Below, one piece after another: positions 47,135-55,673 of a stretch of 64,000 bases of DNA. The notes beneath the pieces were generated by a model. That model did no database searches and was not told the DNA's origin. It was given only the letters and a program-made list of their open reading frames with translations. The DNA is from an uncultured Odoribacter sp. (GTDB lineage Bacteria; Bacteroidota; Bacteroidia; Bacteroidales; Marinifilaceae): NCBI GenBank assembly GCA_910588375.1, contig CAJUQA010000014.1, forward strand, positions 4,524-68,523. Direction: 5' to 3'. The position numbers and the translations under genes are program-made. Position 1 is the first letter of the stretch. The number at the start of each line of letters is the position of its first letter.

Positions 47135-48259
47135 ATGAGAATAACAATACTACTATCTCTAATATTTGCGTTAGGAGGATGTACCTCTCAAATAACATTT
47201 GATTCTTCACATGTTGATACGATAATAAAGGTCGGAGAGGCATTGAAAGCACCTGTCAGCGATTTTCAATTTACTATTGACAGTAGTTGGCTCATAGCTT
47301 TAAAAACACCGGATGAAAAAATACAAGGAAGTATTACCAAAATAAAAATACATGATCATCTTATTTATACTTTAGATGAGTTACAATCCAAAAATCTGAA
47401 TGTATATGACTTTAACGGAAATTATGTCAGAAGTATCGGCAATATTGGCAAAGGACCGCAAGAATTACTCAATATATCGGATTTCTGTATCTATCAAGAA
47501 CAAATTTTTCTGATTGACAACATTACGGAACGCATCCAAATATTTTCAACAACATCAGGTAAATTTTTAAAAACCGTACCCCTTTCTTTCCGACCTCACG
47601 AAATGGAGGTTATCAACGACAACCAATATCTGTTTGAATTATCCGAATATAACCAAGGGCATGAGGACAGATTTCAAAGATATAACCTTGTCGTCACAGA
47701 CAGTTTATTTCAGCCTCAAACATTCTTTCTCTCCCATCCCAAAACAAAAGACAATTCGGTGCAGTATATCAGTATTAATAATCCTTTCAATCGCGTTAAA
47801 GATTCCATTTATTACTTTTCCACTATCACCGATGCCGTTTATCAATTTTCAATTGATTCACTCACACAATGCGTGTATTTTGATTTCGGTCGTCAATATT
47901 CTATCCCTACCGACCTTAAATATGACGACAATAAATTCACGAAATATGCCCAAAGACACGATTATGCCTATTTCGTTGAAAGCCCCATCTTATTAGAGAA
48001 TTATATCGCCGGAATACTACGAGTTAATAAAAAGAAGTTTTTCGTTTTAACCGACAGGCAAGAATGCTTCGTGAAAGAAATATCATTAAATGATTATAAT
48101 GCTTTAGACCCTGTTTTTTGCATAGGAGCTTATGGGAATACGTTAATTTCTACCATAGACGATGTCGGTTTACAACAATTTAAAGCCAAAAATCTCTTTT
48201 CGGAGCAAATTACAAATCATGAGAATTACAATTTTATCCTATTCTCCAAACTGAAATAA
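47135..48259 (+). CDS. six-bladed beta-propeller lipoprotein, class B, paralog B3
   Basis: MRITILLSLIFALGGC lipobox and motif NIGKGPQELLNISDFCI. 374 aa. Confidence 0.55.
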   Translation: MRITILLSLIFALGGCTSQITFDSSHVDTIIKVGEALKAPVSDFQFTIDSSWLIALKTPDEKIQGSITKIKIHDHLIYTLDELQSKNLNVYDFNGNYVRSIGNIGKGPQELLNISDFCIYQEQIFLIDNITERIQIFSTTSGKFLKTVPLSFRPHEMEVINDNQYLFELSEYNQGHEDRFQRYNLVVTDSLFQPQTFFLSHPKTKDNSVQYISINNPFNRVKDSIYYFSTITDAVYQFSIDSLTQCVYFDFGRQYSIPTDLKYDDNKFTKYAQRHDYAYFVESPILLENYIAGILRVNKKKFFVLTDRQECFVKEISLNDYNALDPVFCIGAYGNTLISTIDDVGLQQFKAKNLFSEQITNHENYNFILFSKLK

Positions 48260-48289
48260 CCAAAAGTAATTTTAACCATCTTCCATAAA

Positions 48290-49135
48290 ATGAAACGCAA
48301 AGTATCGGAAACGGTGGTGAATATCCTGTTTTGGATGTGTATCCTGTTTGTGGGATGGGTGGTGTTACGGGTAATGGGATACGCTTCTTTCCGGATTCCG
48401 AGTGATTCAATGGCACCGGCATTGGTAACGGGCGACCGTATTTGGGTGGCGAAACCTATATTGGGGGCTCGCATTCTCAATCCGTTTGCTTCTATCAATG
48501 ACAAAGAGGTGAAGATACGGCGGTTGCCGGGATGGAGAAAAGTGGAACACAATGACATATTGGTATTTAACTTTCCCTACCGCTCGGCATGGGACACGGT
48601 GAGTATGGATTTGAGTACCTACTATGTGAAAAGATGTATCGGGGTGCCGGGTGATACGCTGGTCATCCGGGAAGGCTATTACCTCATTAACGGACAAAAG
48701 GGGAAGGTCGGGAATCAAGCCGCCCAACAGAAACTATCCCAGAAAAGCAGGGAGGATTTTGAACCGGAGGTGTACAATACGTTTCCCTATCATCCTGCCT
48801 ATCCCTGGAATATTCACACGTTCGGTCCGCTCATCATTCCCGGAAAAGGAATCGAGGTTCCGCTCACCCCACACAATCTGTGCCTATATAAACGCTGGAT
48901 TGAATGGGAATCGGGAAAGTCCGTAAAGAGTCAGAATGAAAATGTGTATATCGGAGAAGAAAAAGCCGGAGCATATCGTTTTCGGAAAAACTATTATTTC
49001 GTGGGAGGCGACCGGGTGGAGGATTCCAAAGACTCCCGATATTGGGGATTTCTACCGGAAGAGTGTATCGTAGGAAAAGCGTGGATTATCCGAAGTTCGG
49101 AAACGGAAGGCAGAGCGGGCAAATTGATAAAATAG
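48290..49135 (+). CDS. signal peptidase I (S26 family), short form
   Basis: N-terminal TM helix, catalytic Ser box IPSDSMAPAL, Lys box YYVKRCIGVPGDTL, and GGDRVEDSKDSRYWGFLPE. 281 aa. The next gene starts on the base after the stop codon. Confidence 0.8.
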   Translation: MKRKVSETVVNILFWMCILFVGWVVLRVMGYASFRIPSDSMAPALVTGDRIWVAKPILGARILNPFASINDKEVKIRRLPGWRKVEHNDILVFNFPYRSAWDTVSMDLSTYYVKRCIGVPGDTLVIREGYYLINGQKGKVGNQAAQQKLSQKSREDFEPEVYNTFPYHPAYPWNIHTFGPLIIPGKGIEVPLTPHNLCLYKRWIEWESGKSVKSQNENVYIGEEKAGAYRFRKNYYFVGGDRVEDSKDSRYWGFLPEECIVGKAWIIRSSETEGRAGKLIK

Positions 49136-50926
49136 ATGAAACGCAACAGGAAGGATACAGGAAAACTATTCGGTTATGCCGCCACCGCCTTGTGTGCGGC
49201 AGGTCTCCTATGGCCCGTTATAGTCAGTGACGCACAGAAAACCGGCGCCGTGAATCCTGCACGTCTGGAAATCGCAGCAATAACCATATCCGCATCTTTG
49301 TGCCTTCTCTTTATTCTGGCACTTTGCCGTGACATCCGTTTCCGTTTCACTTCCACCGACGGTTGGTTTGCCGCCTTTACCGGATATTGGTTTTTCCGCT
49401 ATTTCACCACCGGCAGCCATTGTCCCACCCATGCCCTTCTATTGGTCTTGTTAACAGGCGTCTATTTCGCCATCCGCCTATTGGTATCCTCAGACCGGAC
49501 ATCACGTTCCATTGTATTTTTGTGCCTCTGTCTTATAGGCATTACAGAATCGGTGTGGGGGTTGGCACAGCTATACGGATTCCTGCCTTCTTACCACGCC
49601 CTGTACCGCTTCACCGGTTCGCTTTTCAATCCGGGGCCCTATTGCGGCATGTTAGCAATTCTGCTCCCGCTGGCATTGTATTTAGGATTACGCAAACCCT
49701 CTCATCCGCTCATTGCTCATACCGGTCTAATTTGTTCCACCGCGGTCATAATCCTGCTCCCGGCAGGCATGAGCCGGAGCGCATGGATTGCAGCCCTTGC
49801 CGGATGTGGCTGGGTATTGTGGAAACATGGTTCCTTGGCTTCTGCAATCCGGAATTTCTTCCGGCTCAAAAGACGCTATTTTCTTCCGGTGGCATTCCTC
49901 TGCCTGTTATTGCTTTGCGGCATCGGCACCGGTATGTACGCCTTAAAAAAAGACTCGGCCGACGGTCGCCTGCTGATGTGGAAAGTATCGGGAATGGCTG
50001 TCGAAGAAGCCCCTTGGACAGGGCAAGGCCCGGGCAGTTTTGCAGGCGCATACGGCAAAGCACAAGCCAGCTATTTTACCAATCAGCCGCATTCCTCTCA
50101 GGAAGAATATGTGGCAGGCTGTCCGGAATACGGTTTTAACGAATATCTGCAAATCACAACGGAACTCGGTATTATCGGTCTGCTGCTCTTTGCCGGAACG
50201 GTGTTGTCCGCTTTCCGTCAGGCATGCGAGCAACACCAGGCAGGTATCGCAGGCAGCCTCATCGCGTTTGCTGTCTTCGCTTTCTTTTCTTACCCTTTCA
50301 GCGTGTTGCCCCTCTCCCTTTTGTTCGTCGTCTTCATCGCTCTTTGCCCTCCCCCGGCGGAGAGCCATTACCCACCAATAATCCCCCGGACGATTATTCT
50401 ATTGATTACCGGTGCATGCCTGTACGCCGGAAACGGATTGTTGAAAAAAGCGGCACATCTCCGTACCTGGCAAGAAGAAAAAAGATACTTCGACATGGAA
50501 ATCTACGAAGGTACCGTAGAAGAATACCGCCGACTCTATCCCGCATTAAAGGAATTTGCCCCGTTCCTGTTTGAGTATGGACAATGCCTTGCAAAAACAG
50601 GACAATACGAGGAGAGTATAACCGTATTGTCGGAAGGTGCACTCCGGAGTGCCGACCCGATGTTCTATAACATCATCGGCAGGAACGAGCAGGCACTCGG
50701 CCATTACGAAGCCGCCGAAAAGGCATTTCTCCGGGCCTACCGGACGGTGCCCCACCGACTCTATCCCCTTTACCTATTGGCGGAACTTTATATATCGACC
50801 GGACAATACGAAAAAGCCGCCGACGTTATCCGGAAAGCCCTGGCACAAAAGCCCAAAATCATGTCCCCCGCCATTGAGGAGATGCAACATAAATTGAAAA
50901 AACTATATGAACAGATTCCGTCTTAA
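49136..50926 (+). CDS. O-antigen-ligase-like (Wzy_C) polytopic membrane protein with C-terminal TPR domain
   Basis: About 12 TM helices. Wzy_C-like DGRLLMWKVSGMAVEEAPWTGQGPGSF and GFNEYLQITTELGIIGLLLF. The C-terminal ~190 aa contain TPR-like repeats (GQYEESI, GHYEAAEKAFLRAY, GQYEKAADVIRKAL). Confidence 0.7.
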   Translation: MKRNRKDTGKLFGYAATALCAAGLLWPVIVSDAQKTGAVNPARLEIAAITISASLCLLFILALCRDIRFRFTSTDGWFAAFTGYWFFRYFTTGSHCPTHALLLVLLTGVYFAIRLLVSSDRTSRSIVFLCLCLIGITESVWGLAQLYGFLPSYHALYRFTGSLFNPGPYCGMLAILLPLALYLGLRKPSHPLIAHTGLICSTAVIILLPAGMSRSAWIAALAGCGWVLWKHGSLASAIRNFFRLKRRYFLPVAFLCLLLLCGIGTGMYALKKDSADGRLLMWKVSGMAVEEAPWTGQGPGSFAGAYGKAQASYFTNQPHSSQEEYVAGCPEYGFNEYLQITTELGIIGLLLFAGTVLSAFRQACEQHQAGIAGSLIAFAVFAFFSYPFSVLPLSLLFVVFIALCPPPAESHYPPIIPRTIILLITGACLYAGNGLLKKAAHLRTWQEEKRYFDMEIYEGTVEEYRRLYPALKEFAPFLFEYGQCLAKTGQYEESITVLSEGALRSADPMFYNIIGRNEQALGHYEAAEKAFLRAYRTVPHRLYPLYLLAELYISTGQYEKAADVIRKALAQKPKIMSPAIEEMQHKLKKLYEQIPS

Positions 50927-52940
50927 CCCGCTTTGGACTATCGTTATGTTCCTGTTTTGTTTCGCCTGCCGCACAGCAGAGGAAAAACAGTTGGAGATGG
51001 CATTGCAATTTGCCGGTGAAAACCGAAGCGAACTGGAAAAGGCGTTACGCTACTACCATCCCCATTCCGGAGACAGTCTGAAATACAAGGCCGTCCGTTT
51101 CCTCATCCGGAACATGCCCGGCTGCTGGGGACCGGACAGCAGTTTTACGCAGTCCTACCAACCTTTTTATGACGAATACCATGACTTCATGGTCCGATAT
51201 CCGAACCAATATTTTACCATCGGTAAAAAAATCGATTCGCTGTGGGCACTGAAACGCGCCACTCTTCCGGAATTGGAAGAATGCGGCATACCGGATGTAC
51301 GCCACATTACCTGCGACTATCTGATCGAGGAAACGGAAGCCGCTTTCCAGGCATGGCAGGAAAATGCCTACTGCCGCAACTGTTCGTTTGAGGAATTTTG
51401 CGAATACATATTGCCCTACCGCCGCAAAAACGGCCTGACCGCCGACCACGCCCGAAAAAGCTTTTACCAGCGCCATCACGGACTTTTCTATCAAAACGAT
51501 TCCATCGCCCGCCACGGTATTCCCGCTTTTATCCGAGAAACAGACAGCCTGCTGTATCTATACCGCCACATCACCCACACGCGTTTCTACGGGAACGGTA
51601 TTCCGGTTCCTTCCGCTTCGGTGTTGGAATACTTAACCAAAGGAGTGTGCGAACACCGTTGCTGGTTCAACTCTTTGTTGCTCTCTTCCATGGGAACAGC
51701 AGCAGCCGTGGATTTTGTCCCTGCCTGGGGCAACCGCAACAGTTCCCATTCCTGGAATGTAGCCATTATCAACGGGCAATCATATGCCTTTGAATCATTC
51801 TGGGACAACAACCGCTGGAAATACAAACAGATATACAACAACAAGACTTACGACAAAGAATGGGGAAGCTTCCGCCTGCCCAAAGTATACCGGCACACCT
51901 ATTCCAGCCACCCGACAGCTCCTGCCACCAACCGACGGGTCAGAAGTGAGGATATTCCCCCGCTTTTCAAAAACTACAAAAAGAAAGATGTCTCAACAGA
52001 ATATTTCGATACCGTCAATCTCACACTCCGCCTGCCGGAAGTCCCGGAAGAAACGTATTACGCATACCTCTGCGTGTTCGGTTACCAACAATGGCATCCC
52101 GTACAATACGGGGAAATCCGGGGCAATAAAGTAACGTTTGAAGGCATGGGCAAAGACATCGTTTATCTTCCCGCTTTCTACCGGAACGGAGAAATCATTC
52201 CTGCCGGCCATCCGTTCCACCTGCGTCCGGATAACAGTCTGGATATTCTCACACCGGAGGACAATCGCCAGAACATAGCTGTCAACCATGTCGTCGGCGC
52301 ACCGTTTTACGAGAGGAATCACAAAGAGGTAACGTATCTGGCTCTCTGCCGGTTTATCGGAAGCAATTCCCCCGATTTCTCCACTGCCGATACATTGGGA
52401 GAAATTCCCGAATCCGTATTTATGGAAGCGGAAACATTACCTATCCAAACATCCGGTACCTACCGTTACGTCCGCTTAATCAGTCCCTGCGACACGTTTG
52501 CTGCCGGAGATATACGCTTTTACTCAGACACACAATCTGCCCCTCTCCCTGCCCGTATTCTTCAATGCAATTACACGCCCCTTTCAGATGCCGACCGCCC
52601 GGAGTATCTGACCGACAACTTGGCAGCTTCCTGTTTTAAGGGGAAAATCCGCCGCGGTGCTTCCCGTTTTATCGACTTCGATTTAGGCAAGCCGTACCGT
52701 CTGAACTGCATCGGCTACGCCCTTTGCATCACCAACGGAATCATACCGGATGTGGAATATGAACTGTTTTACTGGCAAGGAGGCGACTGGCATTCCTGCG
52801 GCAAGCGACAAAGTACAGAACACTGGTTGCTTTTTACGGATGTTCCCTCCCACACCCTCTACCAATTACGGAATTGCAATTGGCCAAAGCGTATGGAACG
52901 AATTTTCACGTATGAGGATAACGAAGCAAAATGGAAATAA
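50907..52940 (+). CDS. transglutaminase-like (cysteine protease fold) protein with C-terminal discoidin/F5-8-type-C-like domain
   Basis: The transglutaminase-core pattern is GVCEHRCWFNSLLLSSMGTAAAVDFVP...NSSHSWNVAIINGQSYAFES (Cys...His...acidic residue). The C-terminal YRYVRLISPCDTFAAGDIRFYSD is discoidin-like. It overlaps the previous gene by 20 nt. Confidence 0.65.
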   Translation: MNRFRLNPLWTIVMFLFCFACRTAEEKQLEMALQFAGENRSELEKALRYYHPHSGDSLKYKAVRFLIRNMPGCWGPDSSFTQSYQPFYDEYHDFMVRYPNQYFTIGKKIDSLWALKRATLPELEECGIPDVRHITCDYLIEETEAAFQAWQENAYCRNCSFEEFCEYILPYRRKNGLTADHARKSFYQRHHGLFYQNDSIARHGIPAFIRETDSLLYLYRHITHTRFYGNGIPVPSASVLEYLTKGVCEHRCWFNSLLLSSMGTAAAVDFVPAWGNRNSSHSWNVAIINGQSYAFESFWDNNRWKYKQIYNNKTYDKEWGSFRLPKVYRHTYSSHPTAPATNRRVRSEDIPPLFKNYKKKDVSTEYFDTVNLTLRLPEVPEETYYAYLCVFGYQQWHPVQYGEIRGNKVTFEGMGKDIVYLPAFYRNGEIIPAGHPFHLRPDNSLDILTPEDNRQNIAVNHVVGAPFYERNHKEVTYLALCRFIGSNSPDFSTADTLGEIPESVFMEAETLPIQTSGTYRYVRLISPCDTFAAGDIRFYSDTQSAPLPARILQCNYTPLSDADRPEYLTDNLAASCFKGKIRRGASRFIDFDLGKPYRLNCIGYALCITNGIIPDVEYELFYWQGGDWHSCGKRQSTEHWLLFTDVPSHTLYQLRNCNWPKRMERIFTYEDNEAKWK

Positions 52941-53015
52941 TCCCCTTAACTAATTTTTCGGTAATAATAGACATATTTTATCCAAAAAAAAATTAAGTTT
53001 GTCAATATAATAAAA

Positions 53016-54545
53016 ATGAACCCCATTTCCCCTGTCATGAAACCGGTACTTCTATTCCTTCTCCTGCTCTCGGTGGAATTTGTCCAGGCTCAGCCGGCGG
53101 ATTCATCCAAACAGGCTTCATACACAGAACGCCTCCGGTTGGAAGACGTCATCACGTTAGCCAGTCAGCGTTCCATCGATGCCATCTTATACCGCCACCA
53201 GTTCCTGTCCGCTTACTGGCAATTCCGGGCATTTAAGGCAGAACTGCTCCCCTCGTTGAATTTAGGACTGACAGCTCCCAATTTCAGCCATGCTTTAGTG
53301 GCTTTGCAAAATGCCGTTACAGGAGAATACAACTACGTACAGGACTATTCCATGCGCAACAGCATAAATCTCTCCATCGACCAGAATATTGCCCCTACAG
53401 GCGGTAAAGTGTCTCTGTATTCCAGTCTGGAACGTCTGGACCAATTCGGTGACCAGCGTTATCATTCCTACAATACCAATCCGGTGAGCATCACCTATAC
53501 CCAACCCATTTTCGGCAGTTTCAATTCGCTGAAATGGGACAAAAAAATCGAGCCGGAAGAATACGAAAAAGCGAAACTGACTTATCTCGAATCCATGCAG
53601 GAAGTAACGGTCAAAGCCGTGGACATGTTCTTCACGCTGGTCAATGCCCAGCAGAAACTGGAAATGGCAAAAACCAATTATGCCAACACCCGGCAATCTT
53701 ACCAGACCGCCCAGGAACGTTTTAAAATCGGCACCGTGACCCAGAACGACCTGATGCAACTGGAGTTGCGAATGCTGAATGACGGCATGACCATCAGCCA
53801 AAGTGAAATCGACATGCAGACAGCCAAATTCCAATTGGCCTCTTTCTTGGGGTACCCCAAAGCCGATATCCATTTCGACTTAGTCATTCCCGACAACATT
53901 CCGGATATCGTCTTGAACTATGGGGAAGTGTACGACCTCTCGGTCAACAATACATCTTTCAAACTCAATAAGGAAATACAACTCCTGCGGGCGGAGATGA
54001 CTGTAGCACAGGCAAAAGCCAACCGGGGAGCCAAAGCCGACTTTTTCGCCCAGTTCGGATTAAACCAAAGTGCCACCGATTTGGGCGACAGCTACCGCAA
54101 GCCCCAGAATCAGGAAAACATCCGGCTGGGCATACAAATCCCCATCATAGACTGGGGAATGGGACGCGGCCGCATACGCACCGCCCAATCCCAGATGAAT
54201 GTCATCAAAACACAGATAGAACAGCAACTGATTGACCAGCAGGAGGACATTATGATTCGGGTGTTGCAGTTCAACAACCAGAAAAGACAATGTGATATTT
54301 CGGGAAAAGCCAATGAAGTAGCCCGGAAACGCTATGAATTGTCGATGGAACAATTCAGCAAGGGAACGCTGAGCGTGCTCGAGTTCAATACGGCACAGAC
54401 CGAAAAAGACGAAGCCACCAGCCGTTTTATCACTGAATTGCACAATTACTGGAAATACTATTATTCCCTGCAAAAATCAACACTGTATGATTTTGCATAC
54501 AAACGCAATATTTCCACCGACTTTGATTTATTGATTCAGCATTAA
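53016..54545 (+). CDS. TolC-family outer membrane efflux protein
   Basis: Signal peptide, then two repeated coiled-coil/beta halves. Typical TolC motifs are LRLEDVITLASQRSIDA and YWKYYYSLQKSTLYDF. Confidence 0.75.
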   Translation: MNPISPVMKPVLLFLLLLSVEFVQAQPADSSKQASYTERLRLEDVITLASQRSIDAILYRHQFLSAYWQFRAFKAELLPSLNLGLTAPNFSHALVALQNAVTGEYNYVQDYSMRNSINLSIDQNIAPTGGKVSLYSSLERLDQFGDQRYHSYNTNPVSITYTQPIFGSFNSLKWDKKIEPEEYEKAKLTYLESMQEVTVKAVDMFFTLVNAQQKLEMAKTNYANTRQSYQTAQERFKIGTVTQNDLMQLELRMLNDGMTISQSEIDMQTAKFQLASFLGYPKADIHFDLVIPDNIPDIVLNYGEVYDLSVNNTSFKLNKEIQLLRAEMTVAQAKANRGAKADFFAQFGLNQSATDLGDSYRKPQNQENIRLGIQIPIIDWGMGRGRIRTAQSQMNVIKTQIEQQLIDQQEDIMIRVLQFNNQKRQCDISGKANEVARKRYELSMEQFSKGTLSVLEFNTAQTEKDEATSRFITELHNYWKYYYSLQKSTLYDFAYKRNISTDFDLLIQH

Positions 54546-54575
54546 TCCCCAACACACTATAAAATATACTGAAAT

Positions 54576-55661
54576 ATGAGACATATGCGCACTCTGGCCT
54601 ATTTACTGCTTGCCGTTTCCCTCACCGCCTGCGGTTCTAAAGCCACCAAGGAAGAAGAAAACGAAGTAGGGCGGAAAAAATACGAAATCGAGAAGAATCC
54701 GGTTGACACAATCATCCTGCGGAAACAGAATTTCAACAGCCAGTTGCTGAGTAACGGCAAACTGAGGGCACTGAACAAAAGTTCCCTGAAATTTGCCAAT
54801 ACGGGCATCGTCACCCAACTTCCTGTAAAAAACGGTACACCGGTAGAACAGGGAGAAGTAATTGCCGTGCTGGACACCCGTGATGCCATGCTCAAACTCG
54901 AACAAGCCCGCCATCAAATAGAAAAAGCCCGGATTGAACTGGAAGACAAACTCCTGGGGTACGGCTACAAAATCGAAGACTCCCTACAAATTCCCGCCGG
55001 CACAATGCGCATTGCCCGCATCCACAGCGGATATAACGATGCGGAAGCCAACTTGAAAAGCGCACAAATGAACTTAGACAACTGCACACTCAAAGCCCCC
55101 GTCAGCGGACGGATTGCCAATCTCGCGACAAAAGTATTCGAATATCCCTCCGGAGAGGAGTTTTGCCAGGTCATCAACGATAAAACCTTTGAAGTGGAAT
55201 TTGCCGTACTGGAAACAGAGCTGAGCAGCCTGAAGAACGGTCAAAGGGTTTTAGTATCCACTTTCACCGAACCGGAAAAAAGCTATACGGGACAGGTGAC
55301 GGAAATCAATCCGACAGTCAATGACAAAGGACAAGTGATGGTACGTGCACAACTCCCGAATCCTGGACATCTGATTGACGGCATGAACGTGAAAGTGCAC
55401 ATTGAAAACATCATTCCCGACAAATTTGTTGTACCGAAGAGTGCAGTACTCATCCGGGACAACCAGGAAGTGCTTTTCCGTGTCGATAAGGACAACAAAG
55501 CCATGTGGACATACGTGCATGTATTGATGGCCAACAGCAACAGTTATGTAGTGGTGCCGAACTCCGACAAAGGAGCCGAACTGAACGAAGGGGACATTGT
55601 CATCATTTCGGGCAATCTGAACCTGGCACACGGCTCGGGCGTCATGGTGAAACAAGAGTAA
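54576..55661 (+). CDS. RND efflux periplasmic adaptor (membrane fusion protein), lipoprotein
   Basis: Lipobox LLAVSLTAC. Lipoyl/hairpin motifs GTPVEQGEVIAVLD and LKAPVSGRIANL. Confidence 0.8.
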   Translation: MRHMRTLAYLLLAVSLTACGSKATKEEENEVGRKKYEIEKNPVDTIILRKQNFNSQLLSNGKLRALNKSSLKFANTGIVTQLPVKNGTPVEQGEVIAVLDTRDAMLKLEQARHQIEKARIELEDKLLGYGYKIEDSLQIPAGTMRIARIHSGYNDAEANLKSAQMNLDNCTLKAPVSGRIANLATKVFEYPSGEEFCQVINDKTFEVEFAVLETELSSLKNGQRVLVSTFTEPEKSYTGQVTEINPTVNDKGQVMVRAQLPNPGHLIDGMNVKVHIENIIPDKFVVPKSAVLIRDNQEVLFRVDKDNKAMWTYVHVLMANSNSYVVVPNSDKGAELNEGDIVIISGNLNLAHGSGVMVKQE

Positions 55662-55673
55662 CAAGCAAGAACT

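Noticed and set aside
33225-48289. Mobile genomic island integrated at tRNA-Gln
   Set aside because: No integrase, excisionase, transposase or duplicated tRNA 3' end (att repeat) was found. Only the compositional shift supports foreign origin, so I report it as an accessory region, not a mobile element.
49363-50139. 258-aa + strand ORF in an alternative frame
   Set aside because: It lies inside the O-antigen-ligase-like gene, in a GC-rich region that keeps off-frames open. It is Arg/Pro-rich nonsense composition.
53295-53873. 192-aa minus-strand ORF
   Set aside because: It is antisense to the TolC-family gene. The same applies to 55251-55799, 55544-56068 and 60509-61096 within the adaptor and RND genes.
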